A stretch of DNA of 63,864 nucleotides, counting the filler, from Bigelowiella natans CCMP2755 (taxonomy: Eukaryota > Protista > Cercozoa): assembly GCA_000320545.1 (NCBI GenBank). It is 5 parts of 5 records of this genome, joined end to end, with 100 filler letters (N's around TTAATTAATTAA, not from the genome) between each part and the next. Parts side by side here need not be neighbours in the genome. Positions count along the whole stretch, not along the records: positions 61,801 to 63,864 come from ADNK01003679.1; 4 more parts are not named here. One strand, given 5' to 3'. A program made the position numbers and the translations under genes. The notes under the pieces are model-generated. The model was given only the letters and a program-made list of their open reading frames with translations. It searched no databases and had not been told where the DNA came from. Position 1 is the first letter of the stretch, and every line of letters begins with the position of its first letter. This document shows positions 62,957-63,864 of this stretch, in pieces.

Positions 62957-63864
62957 GTGTGTGTGTGTGTGCATTCATACGTGACCGTCTGCACGCTTGC
63001 TTGTCCTCTAGTACAATCAGTTGGAGCCTCTACTGAAAAGCACAATCAGCCCTGAGGGGTACTGAAGGGCCATTTATCGAGAAGAAGAAGAAGAAGAAGA
63101 AGAAGACATGCACAAATAATGACTACTCACGCACACTCACGAATGCAGCAATAAATGCATGACAAAGCATCCAAAACAAACGGCGAGATCACCGTCGCAC
63201 ACACCGTTGCGTGAGCAATGTACCGTTCTTCGCCAATATACCAAACGCCATAAGGCTTGTTTCAAAGGCCGGGGAGGGGAAGGTTCTTCTTGTGCTTCTT
63301 CCTTGCGCGAGTGAAACACCGCATGCCGATCCATTGGTTAGTTGACTTATGAGCGTGCTGCTGCTGCTGGTGCTGTTTGTGTGTTGGTTTATCATCTCCA
63401 GCGATGTACCAGATCAGTCAGGTTTCTCGCCGTATCCAGGAAACACCAACGCACTTGTGTTTAGGTTTGTACGCGTTTTTTAAGTTGTTTTTCAACCTCC
63501 TGCCCCCCTCCCCTCCCCCCCCCAAAGAGCTTCTGTACCTGCAGAGTATATATATGAATGGAGGTCTATATATCTTTATATATATTATTGTATAGATCAT
63601 ATATTTTCGTGAGAATGTTAGGGAGAGTGAATGCAATATAGACTGTTGGGAAAGCCTCCATTTCATTGTTCCAAATATTATTGTATTGGTATTATTATAA
63701 TAATTAGTATTATTATTATTTATGCCTCTGTTCTTTTAACTTAACAACCAGATTAAGTGCATGCTACGAAGAGGAGCAGAAGACCACCCTTCGCAGCATG
63801 ATGCATGGGTAGATTTGATTGTGTGTATTCATTTATCTTTCGCACGGTACTAGCGCACTATTAA

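Overview
Eukaryotic (protist) nuclear DNA made of five contigs joined by artificial N-TTAATTAATTAA-N linkers. Short microsatellite-rich introns, TTAGGG telomere repeats and a likely bipartite plastid leader fit a chlorarachniophyte-like alga (inference). Genes: bacterial-type TrmA, GGCT, a subtelomeric chromo-barrel/JmjN/JmjC/C5HC2 demethylase, exocyst Sec5, Makorin, an AIG1-like GTPase, a SERGT/HPAT-type glycosyltransferase, divergent H2B/H3 with 3' stem-loops, a GPR155/LYCHOS-like transporter and two EF-hand paralogs. Mobile elements: a young intact Ty3/Gypsy LTR element and a LINE. Main discovery: intergenic and repeat DNA has lost TpA (none found by eye over about 2.26 kb at 5877-8136). 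Survivors are almost all in CTAG, and duplicated repeats show the same site as CA in one copy and TG in the other. This points to a RIP-like TpA->TpG/CpA (A-to-G) hypermutation system that spares TAG, genes and promoters. The neighbouring Gypsy element is unmutated and ends in a degenerate Dam-like adenine methyltransferase domain.
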